Notes under the pieces: model-generated
What the model was told of the DNA's origin: nothing
Databases searched by the model: none
What the model saw: the letters and a program-made list of their open reading frames with translations, nothing else
Assembly (NCBI GenBank): GCA_000708835.1
Contig: DF237392.1
Location: forward strand, 1 to 64,000
Origin: Klebsormidium nitens
Taxonomy: Eukaryota; Plantae; Klebsormidiophyceae
Direction of reading: 5' to 3'
DNA length: 64,000 bases
Made by a program: the position numbers and the translations under genes
Shown here: one piece after another, positions 1 through 12,961 of the stretch
How positions within the stretch are numbered: the stretch's first letter is position 1
How the letters are laid out: each line of letters begins with the position of its first letter

Positions 1-1435
1 TGTACTAGTCTGACTCAGAGCTCGATGTCGCAGCTGATGAATTCATCTTGGTACCCAGCTACCTAGTACGTACCAAGTACGTAGATTCTAGATGGACATT
101 TCTACATGGCGGTTGTCGGTGCTTATCCGGTGCCGGGTGCATACCGTATTTTGCAGTTTGGATGAACCGGAAAGCGAAGTCGCGGGCAGTGCAGCTGCGG
201 TCGTGGCCGGCCGGGCGGAGCCTGGCTGCAATGTGGTAAGCGCCATGAGGGTGTCTAACAGTAACGGTTGAGTAGGTGCTTTTAATAACCCAAAGCTAAC
301 CTCGCTGGCTCCGTACCGGAATTCCGGAATCCGTAGAACCGGTACGTGCGCACACTGCCGGTGACCTCCTGCATCGTGAATCCCGGTTTCATATATTGGT
401 GCCAACCAAGGGGGATCGTCCGGGCACTAAAAATGGTACGGGGAATTTATGGCGGGCACGGCGGCGGGTTTGCGGACGTTTTCCGGTTCGATTTCCCCCG
501 AGCGCGACTCTGCTTCCGGGACTCGGGACTCGGCCGTCGGCATGCTCTGATAGTCAACGCGAAGTTCCGTACGCTGTTGCATGCGTACCGGTACCCAAGT
601 TCCTACAGCTAGCCTCGTGTCGGGTATATCCGGTCCCACATTGAGTCGGCACTTTGCCTGCCACTGCCGGGACCAGGGGCAAAATGGCTGGGACGACGGC
701 ATCGAATACAGCGCATCGAATTCAGGTTTATATCGTCCGGACCAACGTCCGGACACTTGTGGACCACATGATTAGGGTTTTCTTTGGTTCCTCCCTGGTT
801 CCGCCAAAATGGGACTGCTATCTCGTCCTCCATCCTTCGTCAATTCGCCTGCAGCTGATAGGCACTATGGTGGCCTTCCACGAGGCTTCTACACCTTAGG
901 TGCACCACAAAGGAGGACAAAGTGCGCCATAAAAAGCCTTTAATAGAAAACACTGCGATGCTGAAAACCGGCAACATGTGGCCCGGATCTACTCTGGACC
1001 TACCACGTGGGACCTTGTCGCCGTCGACTTGGATGCCCTGTTCTCGGAATCCGGGGCCGGATATAACCGACATCATACATGAGAGCGGCCTTGAAGGCAT
1101 GCCATGCGGTGGATTGAACCTACCACGCGTTAGTACGGTAAAAAAATTTCATCTGCTCGACGCGCATAAACCAGCGTCAATCCAGCGAATATAAATGCAT
1201 ATCCTACTTTAATGATAACACTCTGGTTTTCCCGGTGGAATACGATCATCTGAGCTACCCGGGACCCGCCCAGATATTGTCAAGGCGTGAGTCGCACGCC
1301 AAGTAATGGCTGTCAAATGAAGGCACGAAGTGTGGAAGTGCATCCTTGCAGATGTCTTGCCTTTTGATAATCTTCGACTTCAAGAACGGGGTGTCGTTTC
1401 TCAGGTAAATCAAACTGCGGGATACGATCTCGAGC

Positions 1436-4400
1436 TCAGAATCTGCCTGCAAAGAGGTCGATCGGCTCTGGCACAGGCAGCTCGTCCTCCAGGTGCTTGT
1501 ATTCGAACAGGAACCGCTCCTTGATGCGCTGACACCTGGCACGGAGAGACGATCAAACGGCTCAGAATCGCAAGGCTCGCTTTTGTACTCTCTCAAACGG
1601 ACCTTTCAGAAATCGGCGATAGAGCCAGAGCTTTATCGGAGAAAAATATTACTTTCTGAACGACTTCTGGGTTCACTTGAAAACCGGGCTGTTTGCCTCG
1701 ACAAGGTCAGCCAATATGATACAGAAGGCGGACCGTCCTATCTCCCTACGTGACGCTGTGCCTGGATAAAGCCTTATGCACTCAAACCTTTTTCTTTGGT
1801 TAAAGTTGACCTTTCACAAGGAGGCTTGGATTGAACGGTATTAATATACATGCCTGTTGCCTTGTCTCCGGATCGGATGATGTCCCTGAACATCAAACGA
1901 CTTTTCGTCTCAACGAGACTCTCTGAACGACAGGCTTTCAGGAGCGAGACGTTAAGGCTGACGCATCTGGATGCGGGACATTTGTGCACTGTCTGACTAC
2001 AGGAAGGGAATCGTGCACCATGTAAAGGAGGCTGCGCCCCCTTGGAATTGACCCAGTTTTCGGTTCGTCATCCGGTAGATGAAGGCTGATCGCCGGTGCT
2101 CAGAACCGAGACGAACAGTTTGTTTGGACGTACAGAATGGTTGTGCAACTTTCAGAAGGACAGTAGTGGTACTCGGATGAGAGGTTGCGGTGCAAACGAT
2201 CGGGGTGAAATTTGTGTTTTTGGTTGGTCGAGAAATTTGCCCATAAATCTGTCGTGTCTCCAATGACGACTATTTCTCGTCGCAACGGTCGGTGACAGCT
2301 CCGTAGCTGGCCAAAACTTTCGGCCAACGGGAAAAAAAAAAGCAGATCAAAACTTGGTCGGCGTAGTTTCGTGTCACGCAGATCCTTACCATCCCTCAGG
2401 GGGCCCGGACGCCACTCCCGGGTCCTGCGCGTGCAGGTTGAAGTCAAAGTAACGGTACGCACCGGTCTCGCCGTCGTCCGTCACAAACTGCGCGGTGAGT
2501 ACTTTCCTTAAATCTAATTAAAAATACTATCTTGACCTTTCTTTCTCTATATATAGATTCAGTGTAGGATATGTAGGATATTTTAAGTTTCTTCATATGA
2601 TCGAGTTAGCGTGCTGGAGGGGCTGATGAAGTTGTATCAAGTTTTAGAACGCGACTGTAATTGAACGCAGGGCGTCGCTGCTGAGAATTTTCAAACTTTC
2701 CGACTTCTCTTGCCGGGCCCGGTTTTCGAATCTTCTGGCCGAAGTGCGATCTGCCGAACGTAGATCATATTATCCAGCTAGACAGAAAAATAACCATTTG
2801 CGCCAGGACTTGGGTTCGCATCAGCAATTCATATCGCTTTTAGATATCGAGCGGCTGCACGAGTGGATATACACCGCCTTATAAGATTCATATAGCCCCG
2901 CGACCCCGTCTTACTCACAGAAGCAGAGTGAGATTCCGATTCGAACATGCGCTGAAAGGTCCCTCCGCGACGACAGTATTGGAAAAAAAGGAGCGCGAGC
3001 GTGACGTCACCTCGGGCTCGCAGTGGCGCTGGAACCAGGTGCAGTGCTTCTTGTGGTACCGCCACGAGTTGCGCTTCAGCTCGCGCGCGGCCAGGTACTG
3101 GGACACCGTGTTCTGCGCGCGCAGCTTGAGGATGTGGGAATGAATCTTGGGTCAGGAGTAAGCACGATTTTGCGAGGCGGTTCTCACCCCGCACGATATG
3201 CCAAGTGCTGGGACACTAGGTTTTGCGGGCGGCTTAAGGATGTGGCGATAGACCTTGGGTCAGGAGTTGGCACGCTTTTGCGGGGTGGGTCACTCTCAGG
3301 TCGCGTGATATAAGTGCTGGGACACCGCGTTCTGCGGCCGCGGCTTGGGGATGCAGGTATAGATCTTGGGTTAGGAGTTGGCACAGTTTTGCGAGGTGGG
3401 TTGCAGCTCGCGCTAAAATCAAGTGCAGCGACAAACCGGCGTTCTGTGAGCGCGGCTTGGGACGTGAAACAACCGCAGCCAGAGAGCACAGCAGAAACAC
3501 ACGACACTTCTGCACGTGAACTGATTCAAGCGGACCTTCATCAATCTTCCTCAAAAAACGAAGAAAATAAAACCTACCTTTTGGAAGTAGAAGGCGAAGA
3601 AGTGCGTCTCGAGGTCCAGTTTGCGGAAGAGCGCGGCCTCGTGGTCCTTGGCGATGGACGTCGTCGGGTAGCTGGCGGGGAACTCCGGCGGGCGGAGCAG
3701 CCTGCGGGGAAACGGAACGGAACGAAGTTTGTCGGGCGAAAATATGAAAGCTCTCCATCACAGCCTGTTCGTGATGGCCTAACACTCACCGGCAAAGAAC
3801 GGAAACGCTTTAGCAGCCCCCTGCAGCGGAAGGAAATTGAATACAAGTCGAAATGTAGAGACGATGGCAAAGATCACCGAGCGCCTGCGAGAAAGATTAT
3901 CACAGATCCTGAACTAGGAAAACGTACGAGAAAAAGCTCAAGGGCTTGCAAGGGAGAAAATTTTCAGAAGCATCATGCAGCGAGAGGAAAGGAGCGTCAA
4001 TGAACCGATTGACACCTGAGGCTGTAACAATCGATGTTATATGACGCGTTCGTCAAGTGGGAGGGGAACTTGGATTAGTGCAGCGGATCCTAGATTTGAG
4101 TGGCCGTGCAAATCAACTGTGTCATGGTGAGCAAAGGCAACGTCAGAAAACAGCCTGACATACATTCTTGTTCTGCATAGAGCAATCCTTCAAGAAAGTA
4201 GCATGTCTTCAGAGGGCCTCTGTCCTGCAAAGACAGACGATTCATTCTCTCCACCAAACGAAACATGTACCGCTCATTCGAGGGACAGAATTTCTGAGAG
4301 TCGCCCCACACGTTTACATAAGAAAGAGGTTGGCCGGGCGCCTCACCTGGGCGTCTCGTCTCCGAAGTACTGCCCCATTCCGTTCTCGAGCGCCTCGAGC

Positions 4401-7400
4401 CGTTCCCTGTCTTCCGCCGCCTTGCGACTCTCCTCCGGTCCCGTTCCGGCGGAACGCTTCTTCTCGGGAGAAAGCGGACCTCCCGGGGCAGATCCGGGCC
4501 TCTTGCTGCCAGACCCTGGGCGTTCGCCGCCGGAACCGGGTCTTCCGCCAGCGGAACTGGGCGCGCTACCTCCGGAACCGGGCCTTCCGCTGGCGGAACC
4601 CGACACTCGACCACCAGAGCGGGGCCTTAATTGACCTGTCGGTGGACTAAAGCTGCCGGAACCGTGTCGATTTCCGCCCGAGCCTGGTCTCGTTCCGCCA
4701 GAGCCGGGTCTCGCTCCGCCGGAACCGGGTCTGCCGCCTTCAGAAGCGGGTCGCGGGCCAGCGGAAGCTGGGCGGGGGCCGCCGGAGCCCGGCTGAACGT
4801 CCGCGGGTTCCGGTCTGGTCCTGCCCGGAAACGGAAAGCCAGTGGCGGCGGGGGTCGGACGCCGTTCCTGCGGGTTCTGAAAATGGGGACCTGCACGTGG
4901 AGGTCCCATTCGTCAGTCAAGACCCAAAGAAAAGTCAGCAGATTTGGTTCTCATACAGATGAGCGGGGACGCTTGGTTGTTCTCAATCACTTGGCCTCCG
5001 AAAGCGCCTAGCAAACTTTCAAAACAAGCAGTAATCTAGTATATGCTTGAAAGCTTATTTCCCCTCTCATAAGCTCGCTTCGAAGACATCGAATCGGGTA
5101 AAAGTGGACTCAGTTTCCGTTTTTGAAAAGCCAAAATCCGGCCGCACGAGCTGATCCTGGCCTCGACAAATGCTCAATTGTCATTGCTATTACGGGCGAT
5201 TAGAAAGCAGATTTTGAAGACGTTCTTTATCTTGAGAAAGGCTGCCTGTATGCTTGCGGGGAGTCACGCACAAAAGTTGAAAGGAAGAAGCTACGCACCT
5301 TGCTCCCGCCACTCAGGCGGCTGCATCATTCCGAGGGGCTGGCCCTGCGGGTAAAAGTAGCCCCCCGCGGCGTGGAATTGCTGCATCCGCATATGCTCCA
5401 GCTGTGCCAGCTGTTCCTGGTGGACGCGCATGCGCTCGCGCAGCAAAAGGTGGTGCTCGAGCTCGGTGAGAGCTACCGGGGGAACGGGAGGAGACTGCTG
5501 AGCAAATGGGGCCTGTAACGGGAGCGTGAAGGGTCTACACCGACTCACAAACACACTTGAAAGGGGTTTGAGGAATGTTCACACTTTAAGACTGCGTTCG
5601 AGCTCGATGAGACCTACCGGGCGAACGGACGGAGACTCCCGAGCGAACGGGGGCCTGTGACAGACACTATAAGATTGCCAAGTGGAAACAATTTGAAGAA
5701 GCCTAGAGAGAATGACAAGCCAGGACACAGGAGGAAGTATGCTCTCAAAAGTGATTCGAGATCGGTGAAGATTTCAGGATATGAGAAGAAAGTATTATCT
5801 CAAAAGGAGATCGAGCTCGGTAAGAGCTACCGGGGCAACGGGCGAAGACTGCACGAGGGTGTCTGCGCAAGTCTCACCAGGCCTGCCCGCGGCGGTCTGG
5901 GTGGCAGCAGTCTCGATCCCGGCGCTGGTAGGAACGCACCTCCCGCGCCCGCGCCCCCGGTCGCGGCCGCGGCCGCGAAAAGCTCGTTCTTGGGCGCCGG
6001 CGACATTGGGAGGCCTTCCGGTACGCCCATACCCGAGAAGAGCCGCTCTGCAAATGGTCAGGAAAAGGATCGAGACTGTCACAGGACACCTTTTTTGAGT
6101 CAGTAGGGAGGTAGGTTTGTTTCGTCCGTTGGTCAGACATGGTACTTGAATCGTCAAGAGACAAACGTCCTTGAATATCTGGGGAAACTAGGACACAAGT
6201 ATGGTGAAAGAAGAGATTCAGAACGGCGGAATTTGTCATCTGCCGAAGCACCTCACAAAAATTCTAGCTGCAAGGTCTCAGGCTGTCTCAAAGAGACTCC
6301 AGATTCAGTGTAACACGAAACAGATTACACAGCGCGTAGATTCTATACAAACTTGTCAAGGTACGTTACACATGAGGCTACCCTGACATAGCGAAGTCCA
6401 GATGGATGTAAAAGCTCGATCCAAACAGACCTGGATAGTTGGGGATGTATGGGTAGGTCCTTTCAGCTGACGCATTCAGGTTCCAAGTTTCCACGCCACT
6501 GGCTCACCCAGATTGAATGGCCGCCCAAGCTGCTCCGGAGTAGAGCCTCCCGCGAGCGCCGCCATGCCCACCGCTTCCGGGGTTTCCGCCAGGCTTCCCA
6601 CCCCCCCGGCCGTTTCGCGGAACATGTTCTCTTCCATCTGTAGCTCGCTGGGCGGTCTTCCGGAACCGAACTGGGAAACCAACCGGTTATTGGGCCCGGG
6701 AGAGGCACCAAATCTAATTCCCGGAGTGCTTTCGGGGGTGAGAATGGGCGACGGTGTCGGGGCGGGAGTCGGGTGGACTTGGGTGGAAGACTCTCCGCTG
6801 GAAGGGCGGGTTTCCGGTCCTCGTGCCTGGTGAAGAAAGGAATTTGTTATATCCCCATCTCTGGACTTTCACAACGTCCGGGGCGAAACATTAACCTGCA
6901 CAAATCTTAGACAACAGGCATCCTTAGAAACCTAATTTGCAAGTATGCCATCAGCAGCAGACTTGCATACGACCTGAGTAGATATTCTGGCTGCCTCCGC
7001 CTTTTCAAGAGCATCAAGGCGGTAATGACGGTCAATAGAAAGGAAGAACGGACTTCGGAGAGCTCAACAGTTCTGGGAAGCCGATACGCACAAACGATCA
7101 AACGGAAATCTTTGCTTGTGTCCATCGGAACGCGAAAGCAGACTGGACAAGCAAGCTGTCACCTCATCTTTGCACGAGCATCGAGGCGAGAGATGCTTAT
7201 TCCCAGCCCGCTGCAGCGCTCTGGAATTTTCAACAAGTACAGAGTTAACTCCGTCTCTGTGGGAGGAATCGCTTACCTCTTCTGCCTTCTTGAGATGCGA
7301 CTCGATCGCGTTGCGCAGGGCCTCTTCGTTTTGGGTTTGATGCTGGTCTAGTAATGCTTCGGGGGGTTCCGCTCTTTCCGCCTGGGGTGATTTTCGTTCG

Positions 7401-10400
7401 GTTGGCTCCTTCACTTGCCAGATCTGCGTAGGAAGAGGTGATTACTCAAAAATCAGGTAGACGATAGGAAATCAGACACTAGGGCACGTCTGGACTTCCG
7501 ATCCAAGCGAGACGTCCCTCAATCCAATTGAACCTTAAAATCCTGTTCGAAGCCTAGCAGTCAACCCAGCCACCACTCAAAATTGGATTTTATAGAAAAA
7601 GGTTTGGAGAGTTTGCAATCGCCGCACGTCTGAGCTTTCATCGTCGAGAATCCTCGTGAACGTGAAAAGTGCCACGTGTTCACCTGCGTGACGGCCGGTT
7701 GGCGCGGCGACCCGGTCGGCGTCCCCTTCGGACTCCTCGCTCCGCCGCCCATGTTCAGCTTCCGGACGTCCGTCACTTCCGTCGGCATTCCGCCCCACTT
7801 CCGCGGTGACAAACCCGCGGGCCCCGCTGCCGCGGCACCAAAACCCTGCCTAAACCCCGCGCCGGCCCTCGGCGACCGCGCCTCCGGCGGCTCAATGAGA
7901 AACTTCGAACCGAACGGCTCAGGCGCGGCACGAACCGGCGGCGCGGCCGGGCTGAAGCCCACCTGGCGGCGCGGGGTTTTGGGGCTTTGCGGCTCTGGCG
8001 GCTCCAGGAGCAGCGACGCGCTCATGCGCGCGGCCGCGCTTGCGGCCTCAGCCTCCGCGGTCGCGAGCCGCTCCTCGACGACGCTCGCGCTCAGCTCGGG
8101 GTTTAGCGGCGCTTTGAGGGCGGCCTGCGCGCTCGCAATGGCGCGCGCGAGCGGAGACTCAGACGCCGCCGCGGCCGCGGCCGCGGCCGCTGCCGCGGGA
8201 TCGACAGCTTGGTCGGCCGCGGCTTTGGCGAGGACCGCCGGGGAAGCGAGTTGCGGGCGGGGAGAAGTGGGAGCGGAAAGAGGCCCTGTTCCGGGAGGAG
8301 ATGCGGACGTCCTGACTGCCGGAGGGGCCTTGGGCGAAGGGAGTGGCTTGAGCGGGGCCTTGTTGGAAGCTGGGGACGGCGGGGAAGCCTGTCGAGAAGC
8401 AGAGAAACAATCGCGGTTCAATAAGTGAAAATAAGGTTCGCAATGGATGCCGAAGAGTTCATTATGTGTCGTGAAGTCACGCCGGCACGTCTGTTGTGGT
8501 TCATTATTTCGGGTCCGTTTACGAATCTTTCGGATATATGGAGCGCTTAGGGCTCGGTTGGAGTATTCGCGACTGTTTCCGGGTTTCAGGTTTGATGCAA
8601 CTGATCTTTCGAACATCTCCCGTTGCAAACCGAAAGAGCGAGTGAACAAGGAGAACCGTCGAAGCTCGAAGGCCAATCAGATTGATATGTACCAAACCCC
8701 TCAGTATCTTTTGGTGCTACAGATCGTGCCTTCAGTCCCAGAAACGGCGCAGTCAGGTTACTTTCAAGTAGATGGTGACATAACAAGAAAAAGACAGAAC
8801 GGCCTCACCCCATTTCGCGATGCAGAACTTGGGGGTAGAGTACAAAAGGATATGCCACATGTCTGAACCAGTCTGATAGTTAGCGTCTATGAAGGTCAGC
8901 CTGCCCACCTGAGGCTCCGTAGCGGGCTTTTTCGTTGCTTCTTTTGGCAGCGGAAGTACCTTCGATACTGCAACGACGAGACAAACGCGGCCGAAAGAGT
9001 GAGCACGTCTGTTCTCATGCTTTCGTACGCGCTTTGAGGAGGTTTTGGCGTTAATGCGTCTTTCCCATCTCATCGATTGATATTGATCAGTTCACATGAA
9101 TCACAAGTGTTCTGAGACTTACAATCTAGCAGACAAATTCGCAATCTGGCGCAAAGACCCCAAGCCAGAAAACACTGAACAGCTATCTATGCGACGAGAC
9201 TCCATCTCGGTAAGAAGCTCTTCCTTCGGGACCTCAAATGAATATCTCAGGAACTCGGGTGAGCCGAAAGGGAGAAACTTGAAGAAGGGCGAAACTCACG
9301 GCTCGTCAGCTCTTCGCCCACTTTCGCGTCCAGCTTGTCCATCGGCAGCTCTTCGTACATGGTGTCATCGAAGAAGAAGTCCGGGCTCTGGTTCTGCTCC
9401 AGGTAGTACTCCAGCGAGTCCCGCAGGCCCAGCACGTCTTCCGGCGTGATCTCCTGGTTCTCCAGCAGCCGGTGCACCTGCGCAGGGTTTGGGCGCGGCC
9501 GCGTGAGCACCCGCCGCGCCTTCTGGATCGAGTCAGAGATTGAGGTGCATCAGAACCTGTAAGGAATGCTACTGAGAATAGGGCGTGATCGCCTTGAGCC
9601 AGGCGGGGCGCTTGCGAGCAGGGTCTAGGCGCGCGGCGCCGCATGAGCACCGGGGTGCGATCACTAGTACGAGTTTCTCAGAAGGCGTGAAGAGCAACTC
9701 TAGACGATTTGAGAATAAGAGACCTCCTGGATCTTCTAGGCAGTGCTCCTGATCCGGATGCTTCAGGCGCGAACGCCAGAGAAGGAGGCAAACCAGGATC
9801 AGGCTTTTGGGCGCTCGAAAACTCTACTTGGCTGGAGCCACATCTGAAAGAAACAAGGCGCTCAGCAAGCTAGGCAGGAGAATATGTATGCAATTTCGGA
9901 AAGTTCAACTCAGGAGCGGAGTGGGAAGGACTTCTGCGAGAAGATGGAGCGGTCAAAGCCCAAGAGAATGTTCGGCCCTCTGCCCATCAGTGAGGTAGGG
10001 GAAGTGCGTTCCGAGTTCTTACCTGCTCGAGCTTTGCCTTGTGCCATTTGTGCTGCAATCGGACACGAATGCTTATGAGTATACGGTCAAGTTTGACGAC
10101 CGTATTACTTATAGCGCGGGAAGAAGACACGTCTTCTCTTCTCCGATCTCTATATCATATCGAATCCTGGTAGAATGCCTCCATAATCTTTGAAGCACTT
10201 GCTATCATGCACGATTATGACCAAGAGTGAAGAATACGCAGAGGTTCGCTTGATATCCAACAAGGCCAAGAAGAACATCTCCGAAAGCTTGAATTGGACC
10301 GTACCTGGCCATCCACCTTCTCCAATTCCTGCAGACGTCCAATGTCTTTCTTCTGCGCCTTTGCTGAGGCTCAAAAGAACGAGACAAATATTAGTAGGTC

Positions 10401-12961
10401 TCAAGCAATATGTAACAAGTAGCGGTGATTGCGTGTGTCTTACCCGATGCATAACGCCGAGTAGTAGAAGCTACGTATGGAGGAACGAATCAACTCACAT
10501 GTCAGAAAAATAGAGCATGGAGTTGAAGATACTCGATACGAAGACTCAGAGTGATTTCCCGCATAGGAGATCTCCGTTTAAGCAGCCCTCTGAAACTTTG
10601 GGCGAAGATAGTGTGAAGCTCACCGCCGCTGATGGTTTCCATCTCGGACTCGAACTCGTCCACTTGAAGCTGCAAATCGTCCAGCGACTGCAAGGGATGC
10701 TTGCAGATCAGCAGATCGACTCACTTGAAGCAGTTTATGGCAGTGATCGATATCGAAACGAAGAGTACGAAAAGCAGCAGGGACCTGCCTGTTCAGATCT
10801 TTACGTAAGTTGCATCATCTTTAAAGGTGAACAGGCTGGAGCCTAGCCTAAAAGAGGGACGTTCCTACTGAGTTCGAGCTCTGATGGGGAATAAAGATGA
10901 TCCTTGCAGCCAAATTCACGAGACAGTGTCACATTCCACTTCCGAGAATGTTGACAGTTCCTTTCTAGATTCTTACCGTCCTGCCTAAAGAGCTTTCATG
11001 GTTGAAAAAGGTGAGCTCTGGACCCCTAAAACGTTCAGATTCTGTTCCGTACCTTGTTGATGAAGTCTTTAGCCTCCTCTTTTGCCGCTTCTTCTGGATC
11101 GATCTTCGGCTGCGTGCACAAATTCAGGTCAATTTCAAAAGTTCTTGTTGTTTGACAAGTGTCACCCTTCTCAGCCAAACCGGAGGTACAGAAAGGCAGT
11201 ATGCTGCTTTGTAATCTTACGAACCGACCCATGTAAGTCAAGTCCTTCTAACTTTCGAAAATTAACGCGGCTTTACGCTTTCTCAGGACGGCAAGCCCGG
11301 AGTGCGCCGAATGAATCGGTTCGGACTCACTTGCAGCTCCAGCCCTTCCTTCGAGAAGGCCTTGATCTTAGCAGCACGCTCGCAGATCTGCAGGTAAGAC
11401 CGAGACGACGCACTTCTTCGGATGCGATTCTCCCCACAGCTTTAGCTTCAGGCTTCAGAGAGCCTCACTATGACCAAGAGCAGCAGGCAGATCTCCGCAG
11501 AGCTATAACGAGTCCATGCTCTGCACTCTAAGGCGCCTTACTTTGAACCGCTCCATGTCGGACTCGATCTGTCGCCGCGCGCCCTCGAGGCTCTTCTTGT
11601 CGATCGCCTTGATATCGGAGGATGCAAGCCACAGCCGTATCTGCTCGCGGGACCTGCAAAACTTTTAAGGGTTTGTAGCAGAGCAAAGCCAACGTCAAGT
11701 CCAACTTTTCATGTGTAACGGTTCTCATTTGAGAAGGAATTAGGGCTGAGGGAAGTGAAGGATGTCTCGGGCAGTAGCGAGCACGCACGCGCAGGATCTT
11801 AGGGTGGACCGGTTATCATCCCTATATGCTTCATGAGGGGTTCGAAACACTTCTGAGCAGCATTCTTCCCCTTCAGATTCAAAGTGGAAACGCAGATATG
11901 GATTGGTGTCAAAGACTCCCCAACAAAGTTTCTACTTGGACTTCCTTCCGAGTCTTTCGACGACATAGATCTGCAGAGTTTATGTCGCAGCGACATGGCA
12001 TTCAGGCATATGCACAAGGCACACAAGTTTGCCCTTCCTCCGCATGGTCTGCTCCAAAGCGCAGAAAATTGGCCCAAGAGTTTCATTGCATCTGTCCTGT
12101 ACCTTTGCAGGCGCTTCAGCTGGTGCTTCAGTTCTGCCTCAGATTTCTCCTTCTTGGTCGACTCTGTCGCGTCCTCCATCTTTTTCCAGATCTCCTCAAA
12201 GAGATCCGTTCCCTCTTGCACCTGCGGTCAAAGCGGATTTCAATCGTGAGACAGTGCAGATCTTGGTGAGATTCAACATGCTCAAAGTTTTGCATATTGT
12301 GTTATACCTGTGATCAAAGTTTCTTACCCTCTCCAATTCAAAGCAAAACCAACTCGCTGCAGTTGCTCTGCACCTCATATTCTCAAATAGGCATTTAATG
12401 GTTCTAGTGGGCCTAAGAATCCACTTTAAAGAGAAGGCTATTGCAATCAGCCTACATTTCAACCAGAAAACATAAATCAGAGCGTTTGTGGAAGATCGAG
12501 CTGAGTTTACTCCGAGGAGGATAAGGCTGCTTGGAATCATCAGGACATTCAGATGAAAGTGTAAGCTAGGGTTCCGTGCAATTGCAGCGTGGATACGCTG
12601 ACCGTTCAAATCCAGTATCTGAAAAAAGGCTAGTAATGGCGAACAGCGATGCTACTTGCAATTGGGTCCATGGTTTGTAGAGCTTAATTGCTGCTGAAAC
12701 GTTAATTGCTGCTGAAACGTTTTTTGCAGCTCCATGCACGAGTTCCAGACCTGCACTTCTTCCTGTCTTGATTCATCATCAGAGCATGCAAAATTTTGCA
12801 GAGATTTGGAAGACATCTCGACCTCCCATCGGTTTTATAGATGCTTACTTTTATACCTGGCTTCGAGAACCCTCAACTTCGTAGGCTGCAGCCTATCGCT
12901 TATGTCTCACCTTTTTCAGCGTCTTCTCCATCTCTGCTTGCATCTTCCTTGCTGCTCCCAT
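1436..12961 (-). CDS. NOT3: CCR4-NOT complex subunit NOT3/NOT5-like (divergent), multi-exon
   Basis: Exons joined at GT-AG sites with consistent phase where checked: 12961-12911 [17 protein letters not shown]; 12221-12103 [20 protein letters not shown]; 11653-11542 [20 protein letters not shown]; 11387-11331 [19 protein letters not shown]; 11109-11053; 10687-10624; 10363-10305; 10052-10023 [10 protein letters not shown]; 9477-9300 [22 protein letters not shown]; 8967-8909; 8388-7684; several low-complexity linker exons (~7420-4347); NOT-box exons 3701-3578 ([11 protein letters not shown]), 3112-3011 ([27 protein letters not shown]), 2487-2390 (GAYRYFDF), 1535-1436 ([19 protein letters not shown]..stop). 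These match the known Not3 N-terminal coiled-coil and NOT2/3/5 box motifs. Confidence 0.93.
3075..3470 (-). repeat. Degenerate ~110-bp tandem duplications of the NOT3 intron/exon acceptor region
   Basis: The unit ggacacc..ttctgc..gcttg(a/g)ggatg..gatcttggg(t/c)aggagt..ttttgcg recurs at ~3100, 3210, 3320 and 3430. The first copy is the real acceptor of exon 3112-3011. Confidence 0.8.
4347..4889 (-). repeat. Coding tandem repeat of an R-P-G-S-G-G-like ~7-aa unit in a NOT3 linker exon
   Basis: ORF 4343..4909 reads RPASAG, RPASEG, RPGSGG (x5), RHGSGS, RPRSGG, RPGSGS, RPGSAP. The flanking splice phases (1 in, 2 out) fit the neighbouring exons. Confidence 0.8.

Noticed and set aside
1-1250. Palindrome-rich segment; the minus-strand peptide WKATIVPI resembles a LINE reverse-transcriptase motif
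   Set aside because: The downstream YRPISL-type motif and other RT motifs are absent and the ORFs are short, so a mobile element cannot be supported.
3314-8428. Long plus-strand ORFs (e.g. 3314-4003, 7676-8428) and similar antisense ORFs at 52538-53251, 61132-61779 and 62059-62676
   Set aside because: These are shadows of GC-rich minus-strand exons or repeats, where stop codons are rare. They have no family motifs.
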